This document shows, piece after piece, positions 24,293 to 36,761 of a DNA stretch of 64,000 nt (position 1 is its first letter; every line of letters starts with the position of its first letter). The notes under the pieces were generated by a model that did no database searches, was not told the origin of the DNA, and was given only the letters and a program-made list of their open reading frames with translations. Both the position numbers and the translations under genes were made by a program. This DNA is from Octopus sinensis. Its lineage: Eukaryota. Location of the stretch: assembly GCF_006345805.1 (NCBI RefSeq), contig NC_042997.1, positions 24,986,001-25,050,000 on the forward strand, given 5' to 3'.

Positions 24293-24554
24293 TATAAATA
24301 TTTCTTTACTACCCACAAGGGGCTAAACAAGGACAGATAAATATTTCTTTACTACCCACAAGGGGATAAACAAGGACAGATAAACGGATTAAGTCGATTA
24401 CATCGACCCCAGTGCGTAACTGGTACTTAATTTATCGACCCCGAAAGGATGAAAGGCAAAGTCGACCTCGGCGGAATTTGAACTCAGAACGTAACGGCAG
24501 ACGAAATACGGCTACGCTTTTCGCCCGGCGTGCTAACGTTTCTGCCAGCTCGCC
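24293..24554 (-). mobile_element. SINE F2 with duplicated tail
   Basis: atatttctttactacccacaagggg..aaggacagataa occurs twice. Confidence 0.92.
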
Positions 24555-24640
24555 GGTATATATATCTGTGTGCTAAATGGTACAAGCGTCTGCGAGAAAT
24601 AACTGTTAGATTTTTTTGCGTTCAAATTCGAGAGACGTAC

Positions 24641-24685
24641 TTTTGTCACTCTCATCATCGTAAATGCAGCCATCCCATGATTGAC
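24641..24685 (-). CDS. Candidate 45-nt exon
   Basis: catatttcaaacag|...|gtacgt; open as (G)QSWDGCIYDDESDK or VNHGMAAFTMMRVTK. Confidence 0.25.
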
Positions 24686-24939
24686 CTGTTTGAAATATGT
24701 AAACAACGACGATATCTTTCACAAAAAGTATAACATAAAAAAAATAATTTAATGAAAACTTCATGCACAATGATATAGATATAATTAATAAAATTTGTAG
24801 ATTATAAAGCAATGCTTGACCGAAGCTAATATCTTGAAGAATAATCTGTATTCAATGATTTAAAGAAAATAAATGTTAATCGCGATGGGTTCTGCTAATT
24901 CTGTAAATCACACGATTATTTACAGTTCCCATATATTAA

Positions 24940-25103
24940 TTTCTACTCTAGGCACAAGGCCCGAACATTTTAGGTAAGGGGCCAGTTGATTATATCAACC
25001 CCAGTACGCAACTAGTACTTAATTTATCGACCTCGAAAGGATGAAGGCCAAAGTCGACATCGGCGGAATTTGAACTCAGAATGTAAAGCCAGACGAAATA
25101 ACC
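24940..25103 (-). mobile_element. SINE F2, 5'-truncated, tail type b
   Basis: Reverse-complement F2 body. Confidence 0.88.
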
Positions 25104-25108
25104 GTTCC

Positions 25109-25517
25109 TAGCTGGCAGAACCGTTAGCACGCCGGGCAAAATGCTTAGCCATATTTTGTCTGCCGTTACGTTCTGAGTTCAAATTCCGCCGAGGTCGACT
25201 TTGCCTTTCATCGTTTCGGGGTCGATAAATGAAGTACCAGTTACGCATTGATGTCGATGTAATCAACTTAATCATTTTGTCTGTCCTTGTTTGTCTCCTC
25301 TGTGTTTAGCCCTTTGTGGGTAGTAAAGAAATCGGTATTTCGTCTGCCGCTACGTTCTGAATTCAAATTCCGCCGAGGTCGACTTTGCCTTTCATCCTTT
25401 CGGGATCGATGAAATAAGTGCCAGTTACGCACTGGGGTCGATATAATCGACTTAATCCGTTTGTCTGTCCTTGTTTGTCCTCTCTGTGTTTAGCCCCTTG
25501 TGGGTAGTAAAGAAATA
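25109..25517 (+). mobile_element. SINE F2 dimer
   Basis: Junction aaagaaat(c)|ggtatttcgtctgcc near 25333. Confidence 0.92.
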
Positions 25518-25889
25518 GATTAAGTGGGGAGAATGCTAGAAAAGAAATATGACAGTAAAGCCGTATTGGTCCATTTCTATTTTGTACATTCGTTTGGATA
25601 TTTAACAGAGTTTTATATTTTAAAGATATTCCCAAATAACATATTTTTAAAGATAATTTTGTCGCGTAGAGATGTCAAATATAGAGAGCTGTAAAACCCG
25701 ATACACACGATTGTGCATCATATTTTTCTAATAAACTGAAACCTTTATCAGACATAGAGCTACCGGTGAATAACAAAACGAGCAGTCTATAATTCAGTAC
25801 AAGTCAGAGCTGCAATTTGTTTCTTATTCTGATGCGTAAAAGTTTGAATTCCAATGTCAGTGTTATTTTAATATAGCTTCTATATCATT

Positions 25890-26045
25890 GCATCGTTCCA
25901 ATAGTCGTGCGCAAGGTCTTAATATTTTGAACTCAAATCCAACGGAGGTCTGTTTTGCTTTTCCTCCCTCCGTATTTGATAGAATAAAATAAATCATCCA
26001 AGAACTGGTGGTTTCGATGAGATTATCCAATCCCACCGCCTGCTC
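25890..26045 (+). mobile_element. SINE F2, old diverged copy
   Basis: gaactcaaatccaacggaggtctgttttgcttttcc resembles the F2 B box and body. Confidence 0.55.
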
Positions 26046-27343
26046 AAAACTGCTGGTCTTGTATCTAAAATAATGCAGAATACTTCTGTGAGTATCGAGG
26101 AAGCGAAAGAGAATGAAAGGAGAGCTAGAGGAAGTATGCAAGAACCAAGACGCAAGAATATTGTGGAGGGATTCCTGCAAGCGGTAATACTTCATTAAAA
26201 AAAAAAAAAACAACGATGTCTAAATATGTAAGGCAAATACTTCTCCTTAATTGACGATAAGTTATAGCATCAATCATATTAACAGCAGCGGCGTATCATT
26301 TGAGCGTACACGTGGTTGTTATACATACAAACAAAATCATGAATAGTAACAGCAGTTTTTTTTTTCTTTTATATATATAGACATAGCACCAGCACTCATA
26401 AATATGATGATGAATTCTTTATTTTCAAGAATATGTTGGTGATATGTTTATTCAATATAAACAAATATACATTTAGTGTTGTTAGAATTGGACCGCCTTC
26501 TAATTGCCATTATAGTTCGTTATATATAGCATGTTTTAACTTCATACTGTATTTCTTATTAGCCATCGAAGAAAATTTCCTTTCTTTCTCTTTCTTTTTT
26601 TCATTCTCTCTCTCTCTATCTCTCACAGTCATACACACATGCATACTCACAGAAGCACACACTAACAGACACATAGGCAAGTACGCACACGGACGAATTG
26701 ATGGTTGAGGTGACAAACAGAAAATTGTTGTTTATATAAATCTATCATTTCCTCGCCATTTGCTTTTATATTTTCTTTCTCCTCCTTCTCTCCACAGACT
26801 ATTTTTTTAGCATAAAATCATCTGACCTTTGACCTAGCAGACAACATTATCTATCTCTTTCCATTTAGCAGACTCTTACTCTTTCCTTTTGCCCTTCGAT
26901 TTATCTTCTTTTCACTTTTCACTTTTTCCTTTTCCTTTAGCAACTCCCATCTCATTCCACCTCACATTACCTCACCAATCCTACCACCGACCAACCATCT
27001 TCTTCCCTATTTGTCTCGTTCTATGGTGGTTTATATAAAAACCTCATCATCTTAACCATCATGCATCATGTCCAAAGTGCCATTGTCTCGTATGATTAAT
27101 TTCTGAACTAGCCACGCGTATTAATTCAGCTTCATCGACGGTTCTTATTGACAAATAATAGCCAGACGAGCGACCATCTGTGTCACAGACAAGTACTGAT
27201 CTATTAGGGAACCAACAGGAAGGTTCATGACATTAGTGGGGGCTTGTACAGGAGAAAGGAAAAATATGACCAGAGTCAGATTCATGTGAGGAATAAAAAA
27301 AATAATAATAATAAAAAACTGCCACTACTGCTGCTCTCTATCA

Positions 27344-27379
27344 ATCCTTCTCCTCCTCCTCCTCCTCCTCCTCCTCTTC

Positions 27380-27442
<63 letters not shown>

Positions 27443-27646
27443 ATAATAATAATAATAATAATGATGATGATGATGATGATAATAATAATAATAATACTTA
27501 TAATAATAGTAATAATAAACGATCACTTTCTTTTATTTTTGCCACAAGGGCCACGAATGGGGTACGTTAGAACAACGACAAAAAAAACACCAAGAGTAAT
27601 ATAATTTCCAACATAAAAATAATAAAGGAGGGGGAAGAGAAGAAAA

Positions 27647-27693
<47 letters not shown>

Positions 27694-27800
27694 AAGAAGA
27701 AGAAGAAGAAGAAAGAAGAAGAAGAAGAAGAAGAAGAAGAAGAAGAACAAGAACAAGGATAAGAACAAGAAGAAAGATAATAGAAATGATAATAATAATA
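27344..27800. repeat. Compound trinucleotide arrays (TCC)(TAC)(TAA)(GAT)(AAT), then (GTA)(GAA)
   Basis: Visible arrays. Confidence 0.95.
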
Positions 27801-28474
27801 ATGATACGACGACATCTTGACAACAATATTTACAACGTAGTAAAGAACGCTATTCAGGAAGACAAGAAAAGGATAAAAAAATGTGAAATGAAAAATAAAA
27901 AATTTGAAAAAAATAGAATCAAAGTAAATACATATATATATATATATATAAAGATATATATAAAGAGGATGCAGGTTGAAAAATGGCTTTGTATAAAAAA
28001 AAATTAAAAAATACATAAAATTTAAAAAAAATGCGAGTAGTAGGGTTAGTTGAAAGCAAGAGAGAAAAAGAGGAAAGAATGAGAAGAAAAAAAATAAAAG
28101 ATGTGAACTGCAGAAAGAAGGGAAGACGAAAGAAATGAAGAAAGACGAAAGAAATGGAAGAAAAGAATGAAAGACGTCACAGCGAAATATTTAATGTGCT
28201 CTCTGTGTCAAAGTTCACATAGCACTGACAATATTTTAGGGTCAGCTAACGCAATGAGCCGTTGATCAACGTTTCGCTGAAGACGTTGAAGAGAAGGCAC
28301 AATTTCTGACACAGAATCAACCGCTTAACATCAGTATCAATTGCTAAATGTTGCCCGATGTCTCTCTCTGCCGTTCTTTTGCTATTATTATAAACTTAGA
28401 TTTTCTGAAATTCTTTTAGCTTTTCCTTTTCGATTTTTCTTTACACGGCTTACGCTAGTACAGTGTGCACACGT

Positions 28475-28717
28475 GTGTGTGTGTGCATGTGCATGTTTGT
28501 GTGTGTGTGTGTGTGTGTGTGTTATTTCTATGAGAATATATATATATTATATATGTATTTATGTATATAAATACGTATGTGCATATGTTTGTGTATGTAT
28601 GTTTTTGACTCTGCGTGAAAACGCTTATGTATATATATACATGCATATATGTTTGTGTGTATATATGTATATATATATATTACGTGATCGTGATATATAT
28701 ATAATATATATATATAT

Positions 28718-28772
<55 letters not shown>

Positions 28773-29060
28773 TATATATTATATATATATATATATATAA
28801 TAAATATATATATATATATGTACATATCTACACACACACCACACACATATACGCAAATAGATGCGTACGTATATGTGCATATATGTGCATATGAGTATAT
28901 GCATGCCTATATATGGATACGTATACATTCATATATATATACATATGTAATTATATGTGTGCGTGTGTGTATACACATACACATACACATATATGAGTGT
29001 ATATATATAGTTTACACACACACACACACACACACGCACCCACAAAAACACGCATGCGCA
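28475..29060. repeat. Degenerate (TG)/(TA)/(CA) low-complexity region
   Basis: Visible arrays; explains the 250-aa pseudo-ORF. Confidence 0.9.
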
Positions 29061-29604
29061 CACACCTATTTGTATGTGTACTTTTTGAAGTAATATCACG
29101 CGTCTATTTTGTACTTTTCTTCCTGTATGGTATTTATCATTATATTCTGTCTTTCTCTCGTAAGGTTATTTATTTATTTATTTGTTCCGTTGCTTGTAAA
29201 ATATTTGTGGTTGGGTTGTTATTCTTGTTGTGGTCGTGTTGTTATTCTTGTCGTCGGTGTTGTTGTTGTTGTTGTTGTTGCTGTTATTTACTTACGCATT
29301 TATTTTTTTTTCATTTATTTGTAATTCCTTGTCAACTTCCCGCACCTTTAAATTGGGAACATTAATCAAAGCTATATGAAATTATGGCCTTTGTTGTACG
29401 CATACAACACACATATACACACACACACATACATAAACACACACATAACAAGAAGGCACCTTAAAATGTTTACACACACATATACATAAATACATACACG
29501 TATGTTCCTGTACGTGTATTTTGGCAAGAATGTATGTACTTTACGATTCAGAAACACAATCAAACACAGACACATATGCATGTGTGTGCGTATTTGTACG
29601 TGTG

Positions 29605-29641
<37 letters not shown>

Positions 29642-29987
29642 TGTTTTGTTTTGTTATTTAAGATAATTTTTATTCATGAAAATATATTTATTTTATATTG
29701 ACACAGCGTTTCCTCTTAATCTGTGAAGGAGATTTTTGTGGTTGTGAAGTTCATTAGTCTCGTAAGCGAATTAATATCACCACATATTGTAATCTTATAG
29801 TGAGAGATAAGGTTCAACATTGTAGTTTTCGTCTCATCAAGGACACGAGCAAGCCTTCACAAAATCCAGCAATTTGTTAAAAACAGCCATGAAATAACAT
29901 ATGCACCATACGGTACCATCTAAAAAAATAAAATACACCGTGTGTTCAGATGAACTAAACTGGCACACCGTCGGTTACGACGACGGG

Positions 29988-30399
29988 TGAGAGCTGGCAG
30001 AATCGTTAGCACGCCGGGTGAAATGCTTGGCCGCATTTCGTCTGCCGCTACGTTCTGAGTTCGAATTCCGCCGAGGTCGACTTTGCCTTTCATCCTTTCG
30101 GGGTCGATTAAATATTTACCAGTTACGCACTGGGGTCGATATAATCGACTTAATCCGTTTGTCTGTCCTTGTCTGTCCTCTCTGTGTTTAGCCCCTTGTG
30201 GGTAGTAAAGAGATAGGTATTTCATATGCCGCTACGTTCTGAGTTCAAATTCTGCCGAGGTCGACTTTGCCTTTGATCCTTTCGGGGTCGATTAAATAAG
30301 TACCAGTTACACACTGGGGTCGATATAATCGACTTAATCCGTTTGTCTGTCCTTGTCTGTCCTCTCTGTGTTTAGCCCCTTGTGGGTAGTAAAGAAATA
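29988..30399 (+). mobile_element. SINE F2 dimer inserted in an F4 remnant
   Basis: Junction at 30215/30216. Flanked by gttacga(c/t)gac. Minus-strand F4 pieces at 29966-29987 and 30401-30490. Confidence 0.9.
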
Positions 30400-30520
30400 A
30401 GTTACGATGACAGGGGTTTCAGTTGATTTGATCAATGGAACAGCCTGCTCGTAAAATTAACTTGCGAGTCGCTCAGCACTCAACAAACACGAGTCCAATT
30501 AATCTACTGGATTCTAAGGA

Positions 30521-30704
30521 GCGCAGGAGCGGCTGTGTGGCAAGTAGCTTGCTTATCAACCACAGGGTTCCGGGTTCAGTCCCCCTGCGTGACACCTCGG
30601 GCAAGTGTCTTCTACTATAGCATCGGGCCGACCAAAGCCTTGTGAGTGGATTTGGTTGACAGAAACTGAAAGAAGCCTGTCGTATATATGTGTATATATA
30701 TATG

Positions 30705-30779
<75 letters not shown>

Positions 30780-30966
30780 ATGTGTGTGTATGTGTGTGTG
30801 TGTGTGTGTATGTTTGTGTGTTTGTGTTTGTCCCTGTGACTTAGAGGTTCGGCAAACGAAACCGATAGAATAAGTACTAGGCATACAAAGAATAATTCCT
30901 GGGATCGATTTGCTCGTCTAAATGCGGTGCTCCAGCAAGGTCGCAGTCACATGACTGAAACAAGTA
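30521..30966 (+). mobile_element. SINE F1 with expanded (TA)n(TG)n
   Basis: Matches F1 head and tail. Confidence 0.92.
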
Positions 30967-31873
30967 GGTGACAGTAAGCAACGGGAAAAGACATACTCAG
31001 CGTAACACAGAATATGGCAAGGCTGGCTCTTTGAATAACAAGTGTAGTTGAGTACATTCTATTTGAGTACATTCTTCAGTTGGTCTTGAAGCAGTCCAAT
31101 AAGTATTATACCTACGTATACATCCAGCCTTTCTTCCCACTCTCCTCCCCGTTCTCCATTTATCCATCCATCCCTCCATCCATCCATCCATCCATCCATC
31201 CATACATACATACATACATAATAAATACATAGTACGTACATAGGCACACATACACACTCACATACGTACGCCGCACGCATCTTGTGGGCAAATGTAGTTA
31301 TACAATTGCTTAATATGTTAGGAATGTGCTTTTCAATTTTCTCTTTCTTCCTTAGGATATGAATTCTAAAATTCTATGTTCTTTTTAACTAATTCTTTTT
31401 TTTACAATAAAATAATTATTTCTAATTTCATATATTTATTACATAGCTGGAAATTTGACAAACGATGAATGAAAATGGATCTCTAGGCAGTACTGGAAGA
31501 TAGAGCATGCAGAAATGGTTAGACAGAAATTGACTGACAAAAAAACAAAAACAAATAAACAAAAATATTAGCAGTTTACATACAACATAACAAATTTGAG
31601 CAGATTGGTACCATCTGCAATGCACAGAAAAGTTGGTGACCGGTCAGTGTTGACACTAAAGAAAATGAAATTCTTGAGGCTCAAGCATTGAATCAAAGTT
31701 CACAGAAGTAAAAAAAAAATAATAAAAGCGGGGCTTTTAATGGACTAGGTATCTCCCGCAGATCCCTTTGTCGACATATGAATTGCTTAAAGTAGAGAAA
31801 TGAAAAGAACATTCCATTCAATTTAAGCAACTCTGTACCTATTCCGCCCCTGTATATGCGCTCACACACATAT

Positions 31874-31926
<53 letters not shown>

Positions 31927-31930
<4 letters not shown>

Positions 31931-32128
31931 ATTCGCTAGATTCTGCGCGCATTTTTTTCTCTCCTTGTTTCTCTCCGTGTTTCTTTTCTGTGTATCTTTC
32001 TGTTGAAGAGCGTAGGCTCGAAACGTTAAAGACTTGTTTTATTTATATTCCTGAGCGCCATACTAGTACAATTGTTTGTTTGTATTCCACCTGCCTTCGT
32101 CTTTTGTTTATTTTCATAAAGCTTCCCG

Positions 32129-32130
<2 letters not shown>
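31927..32130 (+). mobile_element. Short Penelope-type terminal repeat unit, copy B
   Basis: Matches copies A and C; (TA)n on both sides. Confidence 0.75.
31995..32032 (+). ncRNA. Minimal hammerhead-like motif
   Basis: UCUUU-CUGUUGA-A-GAGC-GUAG-GCUC-GAAAC-GU-U-AAAGA. Confidence 0.4.
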
Positions 32131-32178
<48 letters not shown>

Positions 32179-32642
32179 CAAATTAATAAATAAAACATAT
32201 GCATATATACATACGTACCTACATCTACATGTACGTACCTACATCTACATGTATATATATATATATATGCATATATGCGTACAGGACACCAAAAAAAAAA
32301 AAACGTCCAACACAATGAGAAACGAAAACATAAACACAAAACCAAGGAAATGGACATTTTTTATTAAACAACGAAAAAATAGAATACAATCATACAACAC
32401 AAGGAAAATTTCCCTTCTTCAGCCGCCTCTGTTTCATCTACTCCGCGTAGAGGCTATGAGTATGCAAGTGTCTTCGGTAAAACTAAGATGACGAAGATAC
32501 CCAAAACAGTGGATTGACAGATTTAGAATTTCTCCGGTTTGGTTTGATTGCATCTCAGTTACTAGTTTCGAAATCTCTTTGGAAGCCATATGGAGCATTT
32601 TTCATGAAGACAACATCATAAACTACTATATACATGGATATA

Positions 32643-32728
32643 GGACCGGGTCGGTCGGGCCGTGTGTGTCGCCTCGCTCCCGCGCGGTCGCGTCGCCGTT
32701 CGCTCGGCGTCGCGCCGCCGGGCGCCGG
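32643..32728. other. GC-rich island of unknown origin
   Basis: 71 of 86 nt are G or C, one A, about 20 CpG, in AT-rich surroundings. Confidence 0.9.
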
Positions 32729-34385
32729 AACACGTCTTCAGTTAGGACTACACAGCCACAGCAGGAAATGTATCAGGATATGAAATGTAAAAGCCGGACT
32801 AGACTACTTTATGCGCAACTCCATTGTCTCCCGAGACAAAAAGGATGCCAACAACCTTGATATGTTACTCTAATACGTTAGTATAATTCGTTGTAATTTA
32901 ACATTTCTTAACGAACAATAGTTTAAATCCTATATTTTTTAAAAATATATATTATCTCAGCTCTTAAACCGGCGATATCCGGCCCAAATATTCCATTTGT
33001 TTTAAGTTCAAAATGGCTAGTTCTGGTTTCTCACACCTACCCTACAATGTCATTCTAAAAAAAAATTATCAGTTGCCTCATCAAAATCTCAACGATACAA
33101 AATAATGCTTGACTAATTCAAAACAATTTGAATAAATAAGCATTACATTTGACGGAGCAATCTGAAAGCTAAATGGTCATTCCTTTTAGACAGGCATGAA
33201 TACTCCTAATTCAACAGCATATTCATGTAGGTATTCATACCATTTATTTGTTTACTTCCTCCATTATTGTTCGTCTAACTGAAATTATTTCTTTTTGACT
33301 TCGTTATTAGAGAAAATTTAAGCGTTAATTTACATTTAGCATCATCTTTAACCTTAAAGCTGTCACATAAATCTGTGTAATTAGATCACTCTTAAAATGT
33401 TTACTACCATTAACAAAAAACCAGTGCCTATGTGTCACAATGTACTGAATAGTTAAGGTGTGTTTCCCTGACAGTGTCTTATTCCCAATTGACAAGAAAA
33501 TTTAATTTACTGTTTTCTATGGTGTCAACAAGTGAGATGGTCACTGATGGCCATAAACACCCTACTGCGTCTTTCTTTAAGGTTTTGGGTCACTAGCTTG
33601 AGACTGTCATTATACATAAAGGTCACCCGCAGGGGAGCTATGTAAACTGATCCTTGTTTTCAGTGAGCCGAATCGTTCGTTTTATTTGTACATTTCAATT
33701 TGTATTTCGAAGCTTCTGCGTTTATCTGTGAGGCTGTATATGTGTGATGTCCCCCCATAAAGCTATAACAGTCTACACATCCACACACACACACACATTC
33801 AGACATATTCTTATGCTCTTCTTTATACACTTACACATACATGCAATGAAATTAGATTTAGTTTAAATATCAGGCAAATAAGAATGTAATATAAGAGAAC
33901 AAATCAGATTTATTTTTCCTGTACAAAGATATAGTATTAATATAAATAGTTTCATAAAAGATATTACACTAAGGCTGGTATGTAGGTGTAATATTTTAGA
34001 ATTGTATATATTATATCACTGTCTCGACTGAAAGTGAATCTTTAGAACTAATTTAGCCTGATTTCTGGGACATTTCTGTATATTCTTGTGATTTACCTTC
34101 CATTTACTTCACTTGTTTTGGCCTTACCCACCATCTTTTATACAATATATTCTACACAATGCTTCATAGTAATTATTCCATTATAATATATAATGCAGCA
34201 CGGATTTTTGTCAGTGAACAGGTTGCGGTCTTAAAGCGACGAAAATATTTTGACAAATTAAACTTAAATGTTGAAGTGGATCGAACGGCTTTTGTGTGTT
34301 TCTTAAATGGTTTACAAACACCTTCCACGCTGCAATTGTATATATATATATATAAATGATATATTCTTTTATACTATTACTTATT

Positions 34386-34690
34386 TTAGTCATTTTGACT
34401 GTGGCCATGCTGGAGCACCGCCTTTTTGCCGAAGAAATCGACTTCTGGACTTATTCTTTGTAAGCCTGGTACTCATTATATCGGGACTTTTGCCGAACCG
34501 CTAAGTTACGGGGGACGTAAACCCACCAACATCGGTTGTCAAGTGATGGTGGAGGGACAACCACAGACACCAAACACACGAATGTATACATATATGTATA
34601 TGGCAGGTTTCTTTCAGTTTCTATGTCTAACAAATCCATCCATGAGGCTTTGGTCGCCCCAATGCTACAGTAGAAGAGATTTGCCCAAAA
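34386..34690 (-). mobile_element. SINE F1, 5'-truncated
   Basis: Reverse-complement F1 3' part. Confidence 0.85.
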
Positions 34691-34691
34691 A

Positions 34692-35331
34692 ATGTGCTTT
34701 AAGTTTTGTCAAAAGCTTGGTGATACCTGCTCAGCGGCCCACGCAAAGTTTTCAAAAATTTTCATCGTTCTCGATACAATCAAGATCTTGCGCAACTGAA
34801 ACTCCGAGTATACTTCTGGTCAGCTGAAAGCAGTTTTCTCACAAACTTGGCAGATACGCGCCTCATCCACAACATCTTCAGTGATAATGGACTGAACTGA
34901 ACCGTAACTAATCTGCACATCCTCTGATAACTCACGGTTGGTGATTTGACAATTTCCACTCACAACTACACGCACATCTGCGATATTTTTCTCAGTTCTG
35001 CTGGTTGCGGGTCTCCCAAGGACGTTCGTCAAAACTGACATTTTTTCGGGCATCATGGAAATGTCTGAACCCATCGAACAGTTGTGTGCGGCTGATACAC
35101 ACCTCTCCATACATTTTCTCCAACTTAGCGTAGGCCATGACATTTTTCTCTGTAAATCTTAACGCGACGATCGCATGCTACACACCTTCCTTCCAAGCAC
35201 TGCTGTAAACAGTGGAAGTGAGCTAGAACGTTAAAACTTAGTTTCAAGTCAATCTGTGCCAAATGGCTTCCCTCTGTGTGCTTTAAGTTCATTATTATAG
35301 CAACCGTCCGGATACTTATTGATCAGACTTC

Positions 35332-35332
<1 letters not shown>
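34692..35332 (-). mobile_element. Mariner transposon left end and N-terminal transposase fragment, rearranged
   Basis: TIR-like tatgaagtctgatcaataagtatccggac at a TA site. Peptides AYAKLEKMYGEVCISRTQLFDGF, GRPATSRTEKNIADVR, RELSEDVQISYGSVQSII, SVAQDL. Confidence 0.88.
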
Positions 35333-35382
<50 letters not shown>

Positions 35383-35662
35383 GCACGCGCACCTTCGTTT
35401 TGAGATCACCACCACTCTGTTATCTTTCCTTCTCCTTAGCTCCCCTGTGTGACCCTTCTGTCCGGGATTCGCCATGATAGATCGCTAGCCACTAAACATT
35501 CTTTATTTTCTCTCCTTGTTTCTTTCTGTGTTCCTTTCTGTGGAAGAGCGTAGGCTTGAAACGTTAAAGACTTTTTCACTTCCCGAGCGTTATACTAATA
35601 CATCTATTTGTTGTCTACACCACCTGTCTTCGTCTTTTGGGGTTTTTTTTGTGAATTCTCCG
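35383..35662 (+). mobile_element. Short Penelope-type terminal repeat unit, copy C
   Basis: Matches copies A and B; (TA)n on both sides. Confidence 0.75.
35533..35570 (+). ncRNA. Minimal hammerhead-like motif
   Basis: CCUUU-CUGUGGA-A-GAGC-GUAG-GCUU-GAAAC-GU-U-AAAGA. Confidence 0.35.
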
Positions 35663-36593
35663 TATATATATATATATATATATATATACATACCCACACA
35701 CACATATAAACATATGCAAACACACATATCCATGCAAACACACATATATATGTATTTATATGCATACATATAAATACATAGTCTCGTGCGCGTACACACA
35801 AATACGTATGCATATATATACATACAAATATATTGTGCGTAAATAACTTAAGTTATGCCACTTTACGCTGTGAATGCTAATTTCTATGAAGCTGCTGTTA
35901 GTTTTTATCTTTCCAGGTCGTTAAATATGCACTAAGGAACTCGAACAATCCCATTAATTACACATCTAACTTAAACATTGTGATTTTAAAGAAGACTTTT
36001 GGAAATACTGTATACAGTCATCCTCTGCTTTTCAGAAATTTTGCGTTTTTGAATGCTTTGCCGTGAGGTGGAAATCTAACGCGAAACCTATCTTTAAAAT
36101 GAAATCCGTTTCGACGGCATTTTCTCGAAAATATATATACAGCAATGTATTGTGTTTTTTCTTTATTTTTAAAGACATCCGTTCTTGAATACATAAAAAA
36201 AAAACTTCAGAAGGAAAATACATTATAGAATAAATATGGATGAAGGTTAATCTTTCGTTTGAATAACTGTCATGTTTGTGTTTATCAGAATATTACTTCC
36301 GGTCTAAGGATTTACACTTTCGGAAACCGTTCTATAGGTATGGAAAAAAAAAGCTCATGCTGAGGAAGATAATGAAGTAGGTGCTTGAACACTTGACTTA
36401 ATTTTGTCCTTATAGTTACATACATGTTGTCCCTATAGCTATATATTGTTCTCACTCTAGATATTTCAATATGGTTGACTTACTCCCTGAATCGAAGCAT
36501 TGTAAAGCCCAAAATCATTTTTCCTCTACTATTAATTGCTGTTGGATGTACAAAGCACTACAAGAATAAACAGCAAATTTTCAGTACAATTCA

Positions 36594-36639
<46 letters not shown>

Positions 36640-36681
36640 TGTGTGTATACTCGTATGTGTTTGCCTCTGTGTGTGTGTGTA

Positions 36682-36728
<47 letters not shown>

Positions 36729-36761
36729 ACATATATATATATACGCGTGTATACACACATA

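Noticed and set aside
28341-29093. 250-aa ORF and the many YI/HT/CV/poly-amino-acid ORFs
   Set aside because: They are translations of di- and trinucleotide microsatellites that lack stop codons.
32400-32460. Minus-strand CUGAAGAAGGG motif
   Set aside because: No GAAA follows the hairpin, so there is no hammerhead core.
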